DNA of 64,000 nucleotides from the NCBI GenBank assembly GCA_043798915.1, contig JAZDOG010000002.1:712-64711 (forward strand), in the 5' to 3' direction. Origin of the DNA: Pseudomonadota bacterium (GTDB lineage: Bacteria; UBA10199; 2-02-FULL-44-16; JAAZCA01). Both the position numbers and the translations under genes were made by a program. Under the pieces are notes generated by a model. The model was not told the origin of the DNA, did no database searches, and saw only the letters and a program-made list of their open reading frames with translations. Below, piece after piece: positions 20,159-30,699 of this stretch (position 1 is its first letter; each line of letters starts with the position of its first letter).

Positions 20159-21226
20159 CTATATCATTCCGTTTTTGACATCGCTGATGGCCTTCTCGTA
20201 ATTCTCGATTTGGCCAATATCCATCCAGTATTCTCTGATGGGGAAACTGATGACGCGCCGCCCGCTTTCAACCGCATTCTTAATGAGATCGGTCATATCA
20301 TAGTGCTGATCACCTGGAATCTGCCGGCAGAGTTGAGGACCAATCAGATAGATTCCTGCGTTGATAAAGTTTCGGATTACCGGTTTCTCCGAAAGGCCGG
20401 TGACCTTGGCACCCTCTGTATGGACGACCCCATATGGAACACACACCTCGTGCTGCTTCACGGCTATAGTCATATCTGCCTTATGATCATGATGGAAATC
20501 GCACATGGACCGAAAATCCAGCCCGGTAAGGACATCCCCGTTGATGACCAACAGAGGCTCTTCATGTTCTTTGATCAATCCCAACGCCCCCGCTGTGCCA
20601 AGAGGGCGATCCTCTTCGACATACTGAATTTTTATCCCAAAGTCGTCCCCATCGCCAAAGTGGTCGACAATCTGATCCCTCATATGACGGGTTGCGAGAT
20701 TCACACGCCGGATGCCCGTTTTTTTCAACTGCATGATGATCAATTCCAGCAAAGGGCGGTCTCCCATGGGGAGCATGGGTTTACAGATATCCTTCGTCAG
20801 CGGATATAGCCGCTTTCCAGCGCCACCAGCCATGACGACGGCGTTAAGAGGCAATGTATAATCAGAAACAAGATCGCTAAGAATAACAAGATCGACAACC
20901 CTTCCATCCGCATCCGTCAATGGAATATGGCGGACATCATGTTCTGTCATCAGCCGGAGCAACTCAACTGCCGGCGTACCGACGGAGGCCGTAAAAGGCT
21001 GCCTGTTTCCAGACTCCGAACGCTGCCTCGCCCAATCTTCAACAGTCATGTGCATGGGAAGATCATGCAAAACGACGCGCCTGAGATCCCCATCTGTAAT
21101 AGTGTACAGCAAGCGATTTTCATCGTCTACCACCAGCGCTATTCCCTTGAGGTTCACATCCACGCGTTTCATCGTCTCATGAAGGGTGTGATGTGGCGTG
21201 ACGCAAATATTTTTGAGTTTATCCAT
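20159..21226 (-). CDS. ptmE: CBS-domain sugar-1-phosphate nucleotidyltransferase (PtmE/LegX-like)
   Basis: Two N-terminal CBS domains (TITDGDLRR) followed by MAGGAGKRLYPLT, LGTAGAL, YWMDIG. Confidence 0.8.
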   Translation of the reverse strand: MDKLKNICVTPHHTLHETMKRVDVNLKGIALVVDDENRLLYTITDGDLRRVVLHDLPMHMTVEDWARQRSESGNRQPFTASVGTPAVELLRLMTEHDVRHIPLTDADGRVVDLVILSDLVSDYTLPLNAVVMAGGAGKRLYPLTKDICKPMLPMGDRPLLELIIMQLKKTGIRRVNLATRHMRDQIVDHFGDGDDFGIKIQYVEEDRPLGTAGALGLIKEHEEPLLVINGDVLTGLDFRSMCDFHHDHKADMTIAVKQHEVCVPYGVVHTEGAKVTGLSEKPVIRNFINAGIYLIGPQLCRQIPGDQHYDMTDLIKNAVESGRRVISFPIREYWMDIGQIENYEKAISDVKNGMI

Positions 21227-21230
21227 TGGA

Positions 21231-22421
21231 TTAGTAGGTCATTTTCTTTTGAATGAGGCCTGCATCAATAGGAATAGTCGCCAGTGTTTCAGCAATGCGG
21301 GACCCTGCATTCCCCGCACCGTATGGATTGGCACATTGCGCGCAATGAGATCTCCATGCTTCATCATCGATACATTTTCTCACTGCCGCGTAGATATCAT
21401 TCTCATCGTAGCGCACATCAACCACATTGTCTCCTCGGAGGCGCCCCTGCTGTCGGGATCCTATGTTTACCGCAGGGCATCCGAAGTAGGGCGTCTCTTT
21501 TATCAAGGCCGATGAATTTCCAACAAACGCACCCCTTCCTATCCGGCCGATGTAATGCAGCACCCCATGAAAATTATGTCGACCAAGGCTCTGATATATC
21601 TGAATGTCTTTGCCCTGCATGCCTTCAAATTGCCTGTTTATCTCATCAATGATCCGCACACCTCCAGCATCATTGTTCGGGTATGTGACAATGACCTGGC
21701 ATCCGTCCTTGATCAAGCGTTTGATGGCACGCGCTGCCGGAACAACCTGCGCAACGGCCAGATCGAACTCCGTAGTCACTGAATGCTGGCAGAACAACAC
21801 GAGCGGGCGATCCGGACGACTGCCATGCCGTCCTTCAATTTCCTCCTTATTGGCATATTCGCCACGGGCCGCAAGATCCAAACAGGGTTGGCCTACGGTA
21901 AATACGCGCCATGGTTCTTCACCCATCTGACATATCCTTTTTGCCGCATGTTCATTCGTCGTGAAGTGGAGGTGGGCCAGCTTCGTCATGGCGTGGCGCA
22001 CTGAATCGTCAAGGGCACCCCCTTCAGTGTAATCCCCCCCCTCTATGTGCGCTGTTGGAATTCTCATCTGCGTGCCCGCCGTCAGTGCCGCAAAACTTTC
22101 GAACCTATCGGCATAAATCACAAGCCAATCAGGCTGCAGTTCATCGAGGATGTGGCTCACGCTGACAATGCCCGTTCCAATAGCCTGTGCCGTCGCATAC
22201 AGAGAATCCTGTCGCATGGTCATTTCAACAGTTCGATAGACGCTGAATCCATCTCGTTCAATTTCAGAGATCGTCTTTCCAAAACCTGATTCGAGATGAG
22301 CTCCACCGACAATGAGGTACGGTTCAAGTCTCTCATCGCCGTAAATTGCGCGTAAAATCGGATACTGCAAACCGTACTCGGCCCTATTTCCTGTAAATAT
22401 CGCAATTTTTCTTCTTTTCAC
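21231..22421 (-). CDS. neuC: Hydrolysing NDP-GlcNAc 2-epimerase (NeuC/LegG)
   Basis: FTGNRAEYG, DRFE, HIEGGD, DDSVRHAMTKLAHLHF, GNSS, NIGSRQQGR. Confidence 0.9.
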   Translation of the reverse strand: MKRRKIAIFTGNRAEYGLQYPILRAIYGDERLEPYLIVGGAHLESGFGKTISEIERDGFSVYRTVEMTMRQDSLYATAQAIGTGIVSVSHILDELQPDWLVIYADRFESFAALTAGTQMRIPTAHIEGGDYTEGGALDDSVRHAMTKLAHLHFTTNEHAAKRICQMGEEPWRVFTVGQPCLDLAARGEYANKEEIEGRHGSRPDRPLVLFCQHSVTTEFDLAVAQVVPAARAIKRLIKDGCQVIVTYPNNDAGGVRIIDEINRQFEGMQGKDIQIYQSLGRHNFHGVLHYIGRIGRGAFVGNSSALIKETPYFGCPAVNIGSRQQGRLRGDNVVDVRYDENDIYAAVRKCIDDEAWRSHCAQCANPYGAGNAGSRIAETLATIPIDAGLIQKKMTY

Positions 22422-22422
22422 G

Positions 22423-23343
22423 TCAGCTCCTCATCAAGTGGAGTGTATCTGCAAGCCCATCATCGAGCCCCCACATTGGACGCCACGCACAATCGCGTTC
22501 AATCTTCTCAATATTGAGAACTATTCGCGTGTCGCCTTCAGATGGGCCGGTTTCCTCTGCCTCATATGCCCTTCCACCGAGTCGACAGAGGCATTGAATC
22601 AACCCTCCCACTGAGGTTCCCACGCCCGCGCCAAGATTATAAATTCCAAACGACCCTTGAAGCGCCCTCTCGGCAAGATTCACAAGGCCATCGGCGACAT
22701 CCTTGACATAAATAAAATCCCGAACGGGGCGAAGTGTTCTCACACAGAAGCGTTCCTGCTGTATCTCCTGGCGCAGAATTATGGCTGCTATTGAATCCTC
22801 AGCGGCACCCCGACCATACACATTTCCCAGTCGAGCAACGGCGCAGGACATTCCGAATTCTTTGGAGTAGGCTCGCAAAAGCTCTTCAACCGCTAATTTT
22901 GAAGCCGTGTAAATGGAAGTTGAATGTACTTGATCAGTCTCAATCGATGTCTGGCCAATCGTCTCTCCGTAGAGAAGAGATGTGGAGGGATAAACGATTT
23001 GATGGATTCCGACTTGGCGGCACCACTCGAGCACATGCAACATCCCATCAACATTGACATTCCACGCATGCAGGGGACTCCGGCTATTGCTCCCCGCATG
23101 CGACATGCCGGCAAGTTGAAATACCACTGTCCCGGCTCCACCACTTTCCACATACCTCGCGACATCGCCCAACCCATTGCTCCGGCAAATATCAGCCTCC
23201 ACAAATGATACTCCCGGGCGCACAACATTCTCGCAGTCAACCGCTACGATATTGATGCCCTTATGTTGAAGGCACTCAACAAGCGCCCCGCCCAAGAAAC
23301 CGTTCGCACCTATCACAATCGCATTCGAAAACGATTCGATCAT
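22423..23343 (-). CDS. Extended SDR epimerase/4-keto-sugar reductase
   Basis: GANGFLG, YTASK (YxxxK), RLGNVYG, RDFIYVKDVA. Confidence 0.8.
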   Translation of the reverse strand: MIESFSNAIVIGANGFLGGALVECLQHKGINIVAVDCENVVRPGVSFVEADICRSNGLGDVARYVESGGAGTVVFQLAGMSHAGSNSRSPLHAWNVNVDGMLHVLEWCRQVGIHQIVYPSTSLLYGETIGQTSIETDQVHSTSIYTASKLAVEELLRAYSKEFGMSCAVARLGNVYGRGAAEDSIAAIILRQEIQQERFCVRTLRPVRDFIYVKDVADGLVNLAERALQGSFGIYNLGAGVGTSVGGLIQCLCRLGGRAYEAEETGPSEGDTRIVLNIEKIERDCAWRPMWGLDDGLADTLHLMRS

Positions 23344-24374
23344 TTGAAGTCCGTCGGCGCCAACTGGACATCTGGTGGAAGATCCTTTGCCGCCATGCAG
23401 CCGAGAACTTTTGGAAATTCGCGCGCAAGGAGTGCGCCTGTGCCCGGCCTTTTGACCCAGATATTTTCGGGGGTCAGCTTTTCACCCGTTTTGATTGGCT
23501 TGATCGTAACGATGCTTGCATACGCGAAATCAATCGTCGGCTGTTCCTCCGGCAGGATGGTCTTCTGCCCCCCCAACGCCATATGGATCGCTTTCGAACC
23601 ATCGATCATATCTCTGAGCTCTTCTGGATCGATCGAGAGTGCGATGTCCGGGCCTGGCCACTGTTTGTCGGATGTAAAATGTTTTTCAAGAATCCGAGCT
23701 CCCAGCGCCACGGCTGCCAAACAGGTATAGTTTCCAACTGAGTGGTCGCTCAAGCCCATGACGGCATCGCTGAATTGATTCTGAAGCTGCGCAATCGCTC
23801 CCAGCCGAACCTTCTCATAGGGGGTTGGGTACATTGACGTGCAATGCATCAGTGCATACGGAACTCCAGCCTTTCGAACAATATCAACAGCTCCCGATAT
23901 CGATTCCATGTCATTCATGCCGGTGCTTAATATGACTGGCTTTCCAAATGACGCGATATGCGCGATGAGCGGATAGTTATTGCATTCGCCTGATCCAATC
24001 TTATAGGCGCAAACACCCATCTGCTCAAGACGGTTTGCCGCTGCCCGTGAGAACGGAGTGCTCAAATAAATCATGCCGTTTTCTTCTACGTATGTTTTTA
24101 TCTTCCTGTCCTCCGACTCGGACAGCGCACAGCGTTTCATGATAGCCCAGATGCTCTCCCTGGCATTTGCAGGAATCACATCATTGGGAATCATCTCGTC
24201 CTCAACCACATGGCACTGAAACTTCACGCATTCACATCCCGCGGCCTTAGCATCATCCACCATCTGGACCGCCTTATCGACGCAGCCCTCGTGGTTGATG
24301 CCGATTTCCGCTATAACCAGCGGAAGAGAATCATCTCCGATCGTTCGACCAGATATTATCAATGATTTCTTCAT
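23340..24374 (-). CDS. neuB: N-acetylneuraminate synthase with C-terminal SAF domain
   Basis: AEIGINHEG, STPFSRAAA, KIGSGECNNYPL, GLSDHS, EKHFT, WVKRPG. Confidence 0.93.
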   Translation of the reverse strand: MKKSLIISGRTIGDDSLPLVIAEIGINHEGCVDKAVQMVDDAKAAGCECVKFQCHVVEDEMIPNDVIPANARESIWAIMKRCALSESEDRKIKTYVEENGMIYLSTPFSRAAANRLEQMGVCAYKIGSGECNNYPLIAHIASFGKPVILSTGMNDMESISGAVDIVRKAGVPYALMHCTSMYPTPYEKVRLGAIAQLQNQFSDAVMGLSDHSVGNYTCLAAVALGARILEKHFTSDKQWPGPDIALSIDPEELRDMIDGSKAIHMALGGQKTILPEEQPTIDFAYASIVTIKPIKTGEKLTPENIWVKRPGTGALLAREFPKVLGCMAAKDLPPDVQLAPTDFK

Positions 24375-24396
24375 GAGACATTTGCCCTTTCAGAAA

Positions 24397-25506
24397 CTAC
24401 TCAATGATAAACTTTTCTCTCCAGACACCATCTCTATCCTGCTCAAACAGATCTCTGTTATACCACTTATCCAGAGTGCCCCAGAACTCCCGCGGAGACA
24501 TCCGGGTAAACTCGCAAAACTCATCGACAATTCCCTGATCAAGCTTCTTGTCATACTCTCTCACGAAGGGGATCATCTCGTCTCGCGTCTTGAGTCCGGC
24601 GCGTATCCAGCGCGACGCCATCTCCGTGGCAGATGCGTGACCGAATTTCGGATACTTCAAATACTGATTCAAAAGATAACCTATTGAGTCGACCTGATTA
24701 TACTGCTCGAGAGTTCCTTCTCTGACATATTCATGCCCCAAATGCCGAAATCCCCAACGCTTGGCGACTTCGTAATTATGATGAGTGTCCCATGGGACAA
24801 AGTAGCTCATATAGATCGGCTCCAGTTCATGCCGTTTGCACTCTTCAAACGTCGGCTGTTTCGCTGACTCCAAGTCTTTGTATGTCAGCTGTCCATCAGC
24901 TACCCACCGGCTGAAATCTACCGGCTTCACCACATCATTCAGCGGCTGCATCATGGCCGACGGTGTCTCCTCATTGTATTTTCCGCCGTATGTATAATTG
25001 ACATTCTCCCCGTACACGAGGAGCTTTACCCCAAGCTTCATCGCCATTCGATAGGGATACGCATATATCAATGCATCTGCATACCACGTGGGGGAACCCA
25101 GTTCGATAAAAGCCTTTTTATCCATAATTCTCGCCGCGTGGCGATTAGGATTCAATTGAATGATGTCACAGCCGAACGTTTCCGATATATTCTCAACATT
25201 TTTTCTTCCTGTCTCTGTCCAATCCGTATTTCCAACCGCCAAGAGAATCGGATTCATCTTCATCAATTCCTTCATCACATATACTTGAAAATGCGAATCC
25301 TTACCTCCTGATACCGCGACCGCACAGTCGTAAGAATTGCCATTGCAACCGCGATATTTATCGCAAATGGCTTCTAGTTCCTTCCTGCGCTTCGCCCAAT
25401 CAGTTGTCTTCTGTTTTTCATAACTGATACATGCCGCGCACACTCCATCGACAAACGTTATCCCAGGCCTCGTGTCCGGCATTAGACATTTTTTACATCT
25501 CTTCAT
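24397..25506 (-). CDS. N-acetyl sugar amidotransferase (PseA/WbpG/PtmG family)
   Basis: CKKCLMPDTRP, CAAC, PP-loop SGGKDS, YLKYPKFGH. Confidence 0.88.
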   Translation of the reverse strand: MKRCKKCLMPDTRPGITFVDGVCAACISYEKQKTTDWAKRRKELEAICDKYRGCNGNSYDCAVAVSGGKDSHFQVYVMKELMKMNPILLAVGNTDWTETGRKNVENISETFGCDIIQLNPNRHAARIMDKKAFIELGSPTWYADALIYAYPYRMAMKLGVKLLVYGENVNYTYGGKYNEETPSAMMQPLNDVVKPVDFSRWVADGQLTYKDLESAKQPTFEECKRHELEPIYMSYFVPWDTHHNYEVAKRWGFRHLGHEYVREGTLEQYNQVDSIGYLLNQYLKYPKFGHASATEMASRWIRAGLKTRDEMIPFVREYDKKLDQGIVDEFCEFTRMSPREFWGTLDKWYNRDLFEQDRDGVWREKFIIE

Positions 25507-25510
25507 AATT

Positions 25511-26242
25511 TTACCCTCCCTTTGTGTTAGAGTGATTTTGATTCGTCATAATAAGACCGGCGAGATACAAATCCCATTCCGTATCGATGTCAATCGATCG
25601 TTCGGGGGGCATGATGTACGGAAATGTTCGTTTGGGGAAAAAGGTCTTTTCATCGACCAACGAACGGCAGCGGTTGAGATAAAGCGCGCCGTTGGTCGCA
25701 TATGCCGTCGGCAATGACTGCCGGCGCAGATATTGAATATCGCTTGCGACAAAATCCTCAAGCGTCCCGTCGGCACGCAGCCGTTTCGTCAAAAATGGAT
25801 GTTTATCAACCTCACAAACGCTGACAACAGCGTCTGCAGATTGCTCCTCCGCGATGCATATGCAATTGTCGATATCTGCTGCAGTTCTACACGGCGAGGT
25901 GGGCTGCAAGAGCAAAATGTAATCCGAACTCACATTGATCTGGTCACGCATAAATTCAAGGGCATGCAACACGACTGAGATATGGGAGGAATCATCCTGT
26001 GCCAGAGATGGCGGGCGCATGAACGGCACATCAGCGCCAAAGGATTTTGCAACATCAGCGATTTCCTGATCATCGGTGGACACAATGATCCGGCTGATCC
26101 TTTCGCACTGCAGAGCCGCTTCGACAGTCCATCCGATCAACGGCTTTCCTGCGAGCATTTTGACGTTTTTTCGCGGAATCGACTTCGATCCGCCCCTGGC
26201 GGTGATGAGGGCTATAATTTTCGGCGTTTCTGATCGTTTCAC
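25511..26242 (-). CDS. neuA: CMP-nonulosonate synthetase
   Basis: ARGGSKSIPRKN, VSTDD, LQPTSP, SIDIDTEWD; GTG start overlaps the rfbD stop. Confidence 0.9.
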   Translation of the reverse strand: MKRSETPKIIALITARGGSKSIPRKNVKMLAGKPLIGWTVEAALQCERISRIIVSTDDQEIADVAKSFGADVPFMRPPSLAQDDSSHISVVLHALEFMRDQINVSSDYILLLQPTSPCRTAADIDNCICIAEEQSADAVVSVCEVDKHPFLTKRLRADGTLEDFVASDIQYLRRQSLPTAYATNGALYLNRCRSLVDEKTFFPKRTFPYIMPPERSIDIDTEWDLYLAGLIMTNQNHSNTKGG

Positions 26243-27180
26243 CTCGCAACTCCTCTTGAGTCTGCTGATACTATTTTTGCACATTCGCTCGACCACAGGC
26301 GCAGCGGCCATGACCATTCAGCTAGCGACAGGCTAAAAGTCTTTCTGAGTTTCGACATCTCGAGAAGAGAGTATAGCGGACGACTGGCTGATGTCGGGTA
26401 GTCAGCAGTCGGGATCGGGGTCAGACGCTTCAACACATGCCCATGCCTCTGCGGATCCGCCTCTAAAATCGCCTTCGCAAAATCAAACCACGAAGCCTGT
26501 CCCTGTGATGACATATTGTAGATGCCAGACCGATCGCCGACGAATTCCGGAAGACACGCCGTACCCTGTGCCAGTACCTGCGCTGTCATCTCGGCCAGCA
26601 GGCGGGCCCAATTCGGCGTCCCCACCTGATCGTCAACCACTTTGAGTTCTTCGCGTTCTCCCGCGAGCCGAAGTATCGTCAGCAGGAAGTTTTGTCCCCT
26701 CCACCCATATACCCAGCTAGTTCTAAAGATGAAGTGAGGGATATCAACCGCCTGGATAGCCAGATCGCCTGCGAGTTTGGTCTTGCCGTAGATGTTCAGA
26801 GGATTCGGGATATCCGTCTCCAGATAAGGCGACCTTTTGTGGCCGTCGAAGACGTAGTCCGTTGAATAGTGAACGAGAACCGCACCGATACGTTTCGCCT
26901 CTTCCGCGATGATCCCCGGAGCCACGCCGTTGATCGTCATCGCCTTTTCTGGTTCTGATTCGGCCTTATCGACTGCGGTATACGCGGCCGCATTGATGAT
27001 GATCGCCGGCTTCGCTTCCCTGATGGCGCCACAGATGCTGTCAGGATTCGCGAAGTCGATCTCCGGGTAATCCAGCGCCGTCACATTGCCGAGCGTAGCG
27101 AGGGTGCGGCATAGCTCCCAGCCGATTTGGCCGTTTTTACCAAAAGTTAGGATCGTTGGAGCAGCTTCGGATTGCACCAT
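26239..27180 (-). CDS. rfbD: dTDP-4-dehydrorhamnose reductase
   Basis: GKNGQIG, AAYTAVDKAE, STDYVFDG, YGKTK. Confidence 0.93.
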   Translation of the reverse strand: MVQSEAAPTILTFGKNGQIGWELCRTLATLGNVTALDYPEIDFANPDSICGAIREAKPAIIINAAAYTAVDKAESEPEKAMTINGVAPGIIAEEAKRIGAVLVHYSTDYVFDGHKRSPYLETDIPNPLNIYGKTKLAGDLAIQAVDIPHFIFRTSWVYGWRGQNFLLTILRLAGEREELKVVDDQVGTPNWARLLAEMTAQVLAQGTACLPEFVGDRSGIYNMSSQGQASWFDFAKAILEADPQRHGHVLKRLTPIPTADYPTSASRPLYSLLEMSKLRKTFSLSLAEWSWPLRLWSSECAKIVSADSRGVAR

Positions 27181-27737
27181 CACCTCCCGTACCGTGGCAA
27201 CCTGTCCGTCGGAATATGTGAAAGACAGGAATAAGATTGATCCTTTGTTGAGAGCAGCGGCGTCTGGATCGGCCAATCAATGGCAATCTCCGGGTCATTC
27301 CACCGAATACCCAGCTCGCAGTCCGGGGCGTAGAAATCAGTGCATTTATACTGAAACTCAGCGGTGTCGCTCAAGGTGCAGAATCCATGGGCAAAGCCTG
27401 TGGGCACGAACATCTGCCGGGCGTTTTCCTCGCTCAGGATCGTGCCGAAGTGCCTGCCGAAGGTGGGTGAGCCCACGCGGATATCGACCGCCACATCGAA
27501 GACCTCGCCCCGGGTCACGCGCACCAGCTTTCCTTGAGCGTTCGGGAGCTGGTAGTGCAGGCCCCGCAGGGTCCCGCGGACCGATCTCGAGTGATTGTCC
27601 TGCACAAAATGATGCGCGATACCCAAAGCCTCGAACTTCTGGGCATGGTAGCTCTCAAGAAAGAAACCGCGCTGATCGCGGTGGATATCCATTTCGATCA
27701 GCTTCACCTCCGAAATTGTGGTTTCGATCAGCTTCAT
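27180..27737 (-). CDS. rfbC: dTDP-4-dehydrorhamnose 3,5-epimerase
   Basis: [30 protein letters not shown]. Confidence 0.95.
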   Translation of the reverse strand: MKLIETTISEVKLIEMDIHRDQRGFFLESYHAQKFEALGIAHHFVQDNHSRSVRGTLRGLHYQLPNAQGKLVRVTRGEVFDVAVDIRVGSPTFGRHFGTILSEENARQMFVPTGFAHGFCTLSDTAEFQYKCTDFYAPDCELGIRWNDPEIAIDWPIQTPLLSTKDQSYSCLSHIPTDRLPRYGR

Positions 27738-28627
27738 CGACTCCCCCTCTCCTTCAGGAGATCCAGCAGATACCTGCCGTAACCGTTCTTCTCCATGGGA
27801 ACCGCCAGCCGCCGCACCTGTTCGGCATCGATGTAGCCCATGCACCAGGCGATCTCCTCGAGGCAGGCGACCTTAAGACCCTGACGCTGCTCGATGGCCT
27901 CGATGAAGTTCGAGGCCTGCATGAGCGACTCGTGCGTGCCCGTATCGAGCCATGCGATGCCGCGGCCGAGCTTCTCAGTCCGGAGTTGCTTGCGATCGAG
28001 GTACATCCGGTTGAGATCAGTGATCTCCAACTCACCGCGGACCGATGGCTTGAGCGATGCCGCGAAATCAGCAACCTGCATGTCGTAGAAATAGATGCCG
28101 GGGACGGCATAGTGCGACTTGGGTGCCTTCGGCTTCTCTTCCAGGCCGATCGCGCGGCCATCCCGGTCAAACTCAACTACGCCGTAGCGCTCCGGGTCCC
28201 TGACCCAGTAGCCGAAGATTGTTGCGCCTTCGGTCTGCGCATTGGCCTTCTGGAGGATTTCCGGAAGCCCGTGGCCATAGAATACGTTGTCGCCGAGGAT
28301 CAGGCAGGATGGATGTCCGGAAACAAAGTCGCCGCCGATGATGAAGGCCTGCGCCAGGCCCTCGGGTTCCGGCTGTTTCGCATAATGGAGGTTCAGTCCG
28401 AACTGACGCCCGTCGCCAAAGAGCGACTGATACATCGGCAGGTCCTGCGGCGTCGAGATGACGAGGATATCCCGGATCCCGGCGAGCATAAGCGTAGACA
28501 GCGGATAGTAGATCATCGGCTTGTCATATATCGGAAGGAGCTGCTTCGAGATCACGCGGGTGAGCGGATACATGCGCGTTCCAGAACCGCCAGCGAGGAT
28601 GATACCTTTTCGCATTTTAGTCGTCAT
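27734..28627 (-). CDS. rfbA: Glucose-1-phosphate thymidylyltransferase
   Basis: [42 protein letters not shown]. Confidence 0.95.
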   Translation of the reverse strand: MTTKMRKGIILAGGSGTRMYPLTRVISKQLLPIYDKPMIYYPLSTLMLAGIRDILVISTPQDLPMYQSLFGDGRQFGLNLHYAKQPEPEGLAQAFIIGGDFVSGHPSCLILGDNVFYGHGLPEILQKANAQTEGATIFGYWVRDPERYGVVEFDRDGRAIGLEEKPKAPKSHYAVPGIYFYDMQVADFAASLKPSVRGELEITDLNRMYLDRKQLRTEKLGRGIAWLDTGTHESLMQASNFIEAIEQRQGLKVACLEEIAWCMGYIDAEQVRRLAVPMEKNGYGRYLLDLLKERGSR

Positions 28628-28638
28628 AGAGGTCCTCC

Positions 28639-29727
28639 TTAGCGCCCTGCATAGTTCTTGCTGATCCAATCTCTGTAGGAACCATCGCGGACGGAGTCGG
28701 TCCAACAACGATTTTCCAGATACCACTGCACAGTTTTGGCGAGGCCGGTGTCGAACGATTCCTTCGGTTTCCAGCCGAGTTCGCTGGCAATCTTATTGTC
28801 ATCGATAGCGTAACGACGGTCATGGCCGGGCCGGTCTTTCACAAATGTCATAAGCGAGGAATAGGGCGCACCGCTCAGCATGGGCCTCAGTTCGTCGAGT
28901 ACTGCACAAAGACGGTTGACGAGTTTCAGATTCGTCAGCTCACACCGGCCACCTATATTATAAGTCTCGCCCACCCTTCCATTCTGAAGAACCGTGGCAA
29001 TCGCGCGGCAGTGATCCTCCACGTAGAGCCAATCGCGAACATTTCTGCCGTCGCCGTAAATCGGGAGAGGCTTCCCCTCCAGGGCATTGAGGATCATGAG
29101 GGGAATGAGCTTCTCCGGAAACTGATGCGGGCCGTAGTTGTTCGAGCAGTTCGTCGTCAAGACTGGCAGCCCATAGGTGTGGTGATAGACGCGGACGAAA
29201 TGATCGCTGGACGCTTTGGAAGCTGAATAAGGACTGTTGGGGGCGTAGGGCGTCTCCTCGGTGAACGGCGCATCGCCCTGACCCAGCGAACCATAGACCT
29301 CGTCGGTGGAGACATGCAGGAAGCGGAATGACTTTTTTTGCCCCTCGGGCAGTTCCTTCCAATATCCGCGCGTTTCGTCCAGGAGACAAAAGGTCCCAAG
29401 GACGTTGGTGCGAACGAATTCCGCTGGACCATCGATGGAGCGATCCACGTGGCTCTCGGCGGCGAAGTTGACGATGGCATCCGGCTGATGCTTCACCAGC
29501 AGATCGCGCACAAGGGCCACATCGCCGATGTCACCTTTGACGAATATATGATCGGCATCGTCGCGCAGCTCGTCGAGATTGGCCAGATTGCCGGCATAGG
29601 TCAGGTTGTCGAGATTGATAATGCGTGCCCAGCTTGCCTTACGAGCCATACGCACAAAGTTCGACCCGATGAATCCGGCGCCACCGGTCACTAGCCACAC
29701 CTGACACGGTTTTTCCGTATCTTTCAT
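28639..29727 (-). CDS. rfbB: dTDP-glucose 4,6-dehydratase
   Basis: [39 protein letters not shown]. Confidence 0.95.
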   Translation of the reverse strand: MKDTEKPCQVWLVTGGAGFIGSNFVRMARKASWARIINLDNLTYAGNLANLDELRDDADHIFVKGDIGDVALVRDLLVKHQPDAIVNFAAESHVDRSIDGPAEFVRTNVLGTFCLLDETRGYWKELPEGQKKSFRFLHVSTDEVYGSLGQGDAPFTEETPYAPNSPYSASKASSDHFVRVYHHTYGLPVLTTNCSNNYGPHQFPEKLIPLMILNALEGKPLPIYGDGRNVRDWLYVEDHCRAIATVLQNGRVGETYNIGGRCELTNLKLVNRLCAVLDELRPMLSGAPYSSLMTFVKDRPGHDRRYAIDDNKIASELGWKPKESFDTGLAKTVQWYLENRCWTDSVRDGSYRDWISKNYAGR

Positions 29728-30698
29728 ATGCGGCCGCTCCCATTTTTATAACATTCGACCGTTCTTTTGATGCCATCATTCAGTGGAATCTTGCGACACC
29801 AGCCGAGCGACGCAAGGTGGCAAACATCCAGGAGTTTTCGCCGTGTTCCATCCGGCTTCGAGTGGTCAAAGCTGATATCGCCATCGTAATCGACGGCATC
29901 CTTGATCATGCAAGCCAATTCGGCAATAGAAACGTCTTCTCCGGTCCCCACATTGACGAAGCAGAGATGATTTGCACTTCCCTCGCCAAAACGGTTCAAA
30001 TCAGCAGCGGAAACATTCTTCATCAGATAAACGCATGCGTCGGCTGCGTCATCGACATGGAGAAACTCGCGTTTCACCTTCCCGGATCCCCATACGGTAA
30101 CACAAGGATTCGCATTTTGCTTTGCCTCGACAAACTTCCGAACGAGGGCCGGGAGGACATGGGATGTCTCAAGATCGTAATTGTCATTAGGCCCATAGAG
30201 ATTCGTCGGCATAGCTGCGATAAAGTCTGTTCCGAATTGCCGATTGTATGACTCACACAGCTTTAGGCCAGCGATTTTTGCTATCGCATAGGGCTCGTTG
30301 GTCGTTTCAAGGGGGCCGGTCAAGAGATACTCCTCTTTGATCGGCTGAGGGCATTCCCTCGGGTAGATGCAGGAACTCCCGAGAAACAGCAGCTTCTTCA
30401 CACCGAACTTGTACGCCGAATGAATGACGTTGTTCTGGATGGCAAGATTCACGTAGATAAACTCTCCGCGATAGCGGTCATTCGCCTGAATCCCACCAAC
30501 TTTTGCCGCCGCCAGGAAGACGTATTCGGGTCGTTCTTGTGCAAAAAAGCTGTCAACAACCCCCTGATCTATCAGATCGAGCTCGCCGATCGACCGTCCA
30601 AGGAGGTTATTGTAACCTTGGATCTTGAGAGCGCGCCATATCGCTGAGCCCACCATCCCCTGATGTCCGGCAATATAAATTTTCGATCCAGTATCCAT
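29724..30698 (-). CDS. fcl: GDP-L-fucose synthase
   Basis: AGHQGMVGSA, AAAKVGGI, GSSCIYP, YAIAKIAG, PTNLYGP, KPDGT. Confidence 0.93.
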   Translation of the reverse strand: MDTGSKIYIAGHQGMVGSAIWRALKIQGYNNLLGRSIGELDLIDQGVVDSFFAQERPEYVFLAAAKVGGIQANDRYRGEFIYVNLAIQNNVIHSAYKFGVKKLLFLGSSCIYPRECPQPIKEEYLLTGPLETTNEPYAIAKIAGLKLCESYNRQFGTDFIAAMPTNLYGPNDNYDLETSHVLPALVRKFVEAKQNANPCVTVWGSGKVKREFLHVDDAADACVYLMKNVSAADLNRFGEGSANHLCFVNVGTGEDVSIAELACMIKDAVDYDGDISFDHSKPDGTRRKLLDVCHLASLGWCRKIPLNDGIKRTVECYKNGSGRI

Positions 30699-30699
30699 A

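Noticed and set aside
11915-22041. C8 tracts (11915-11922 and 22034-22041) as phase-variation switches
   Set aside because: The tracts are short, both genes are in frame, and they encode ordinary Gly codons (e.g. conserved HIEGGD); no evidence without reads.
27086-28642. 518-aa plus-strand ORF
   Set aside because: Antisense shadow of rfbC/rfbA with no recognisable motifs.
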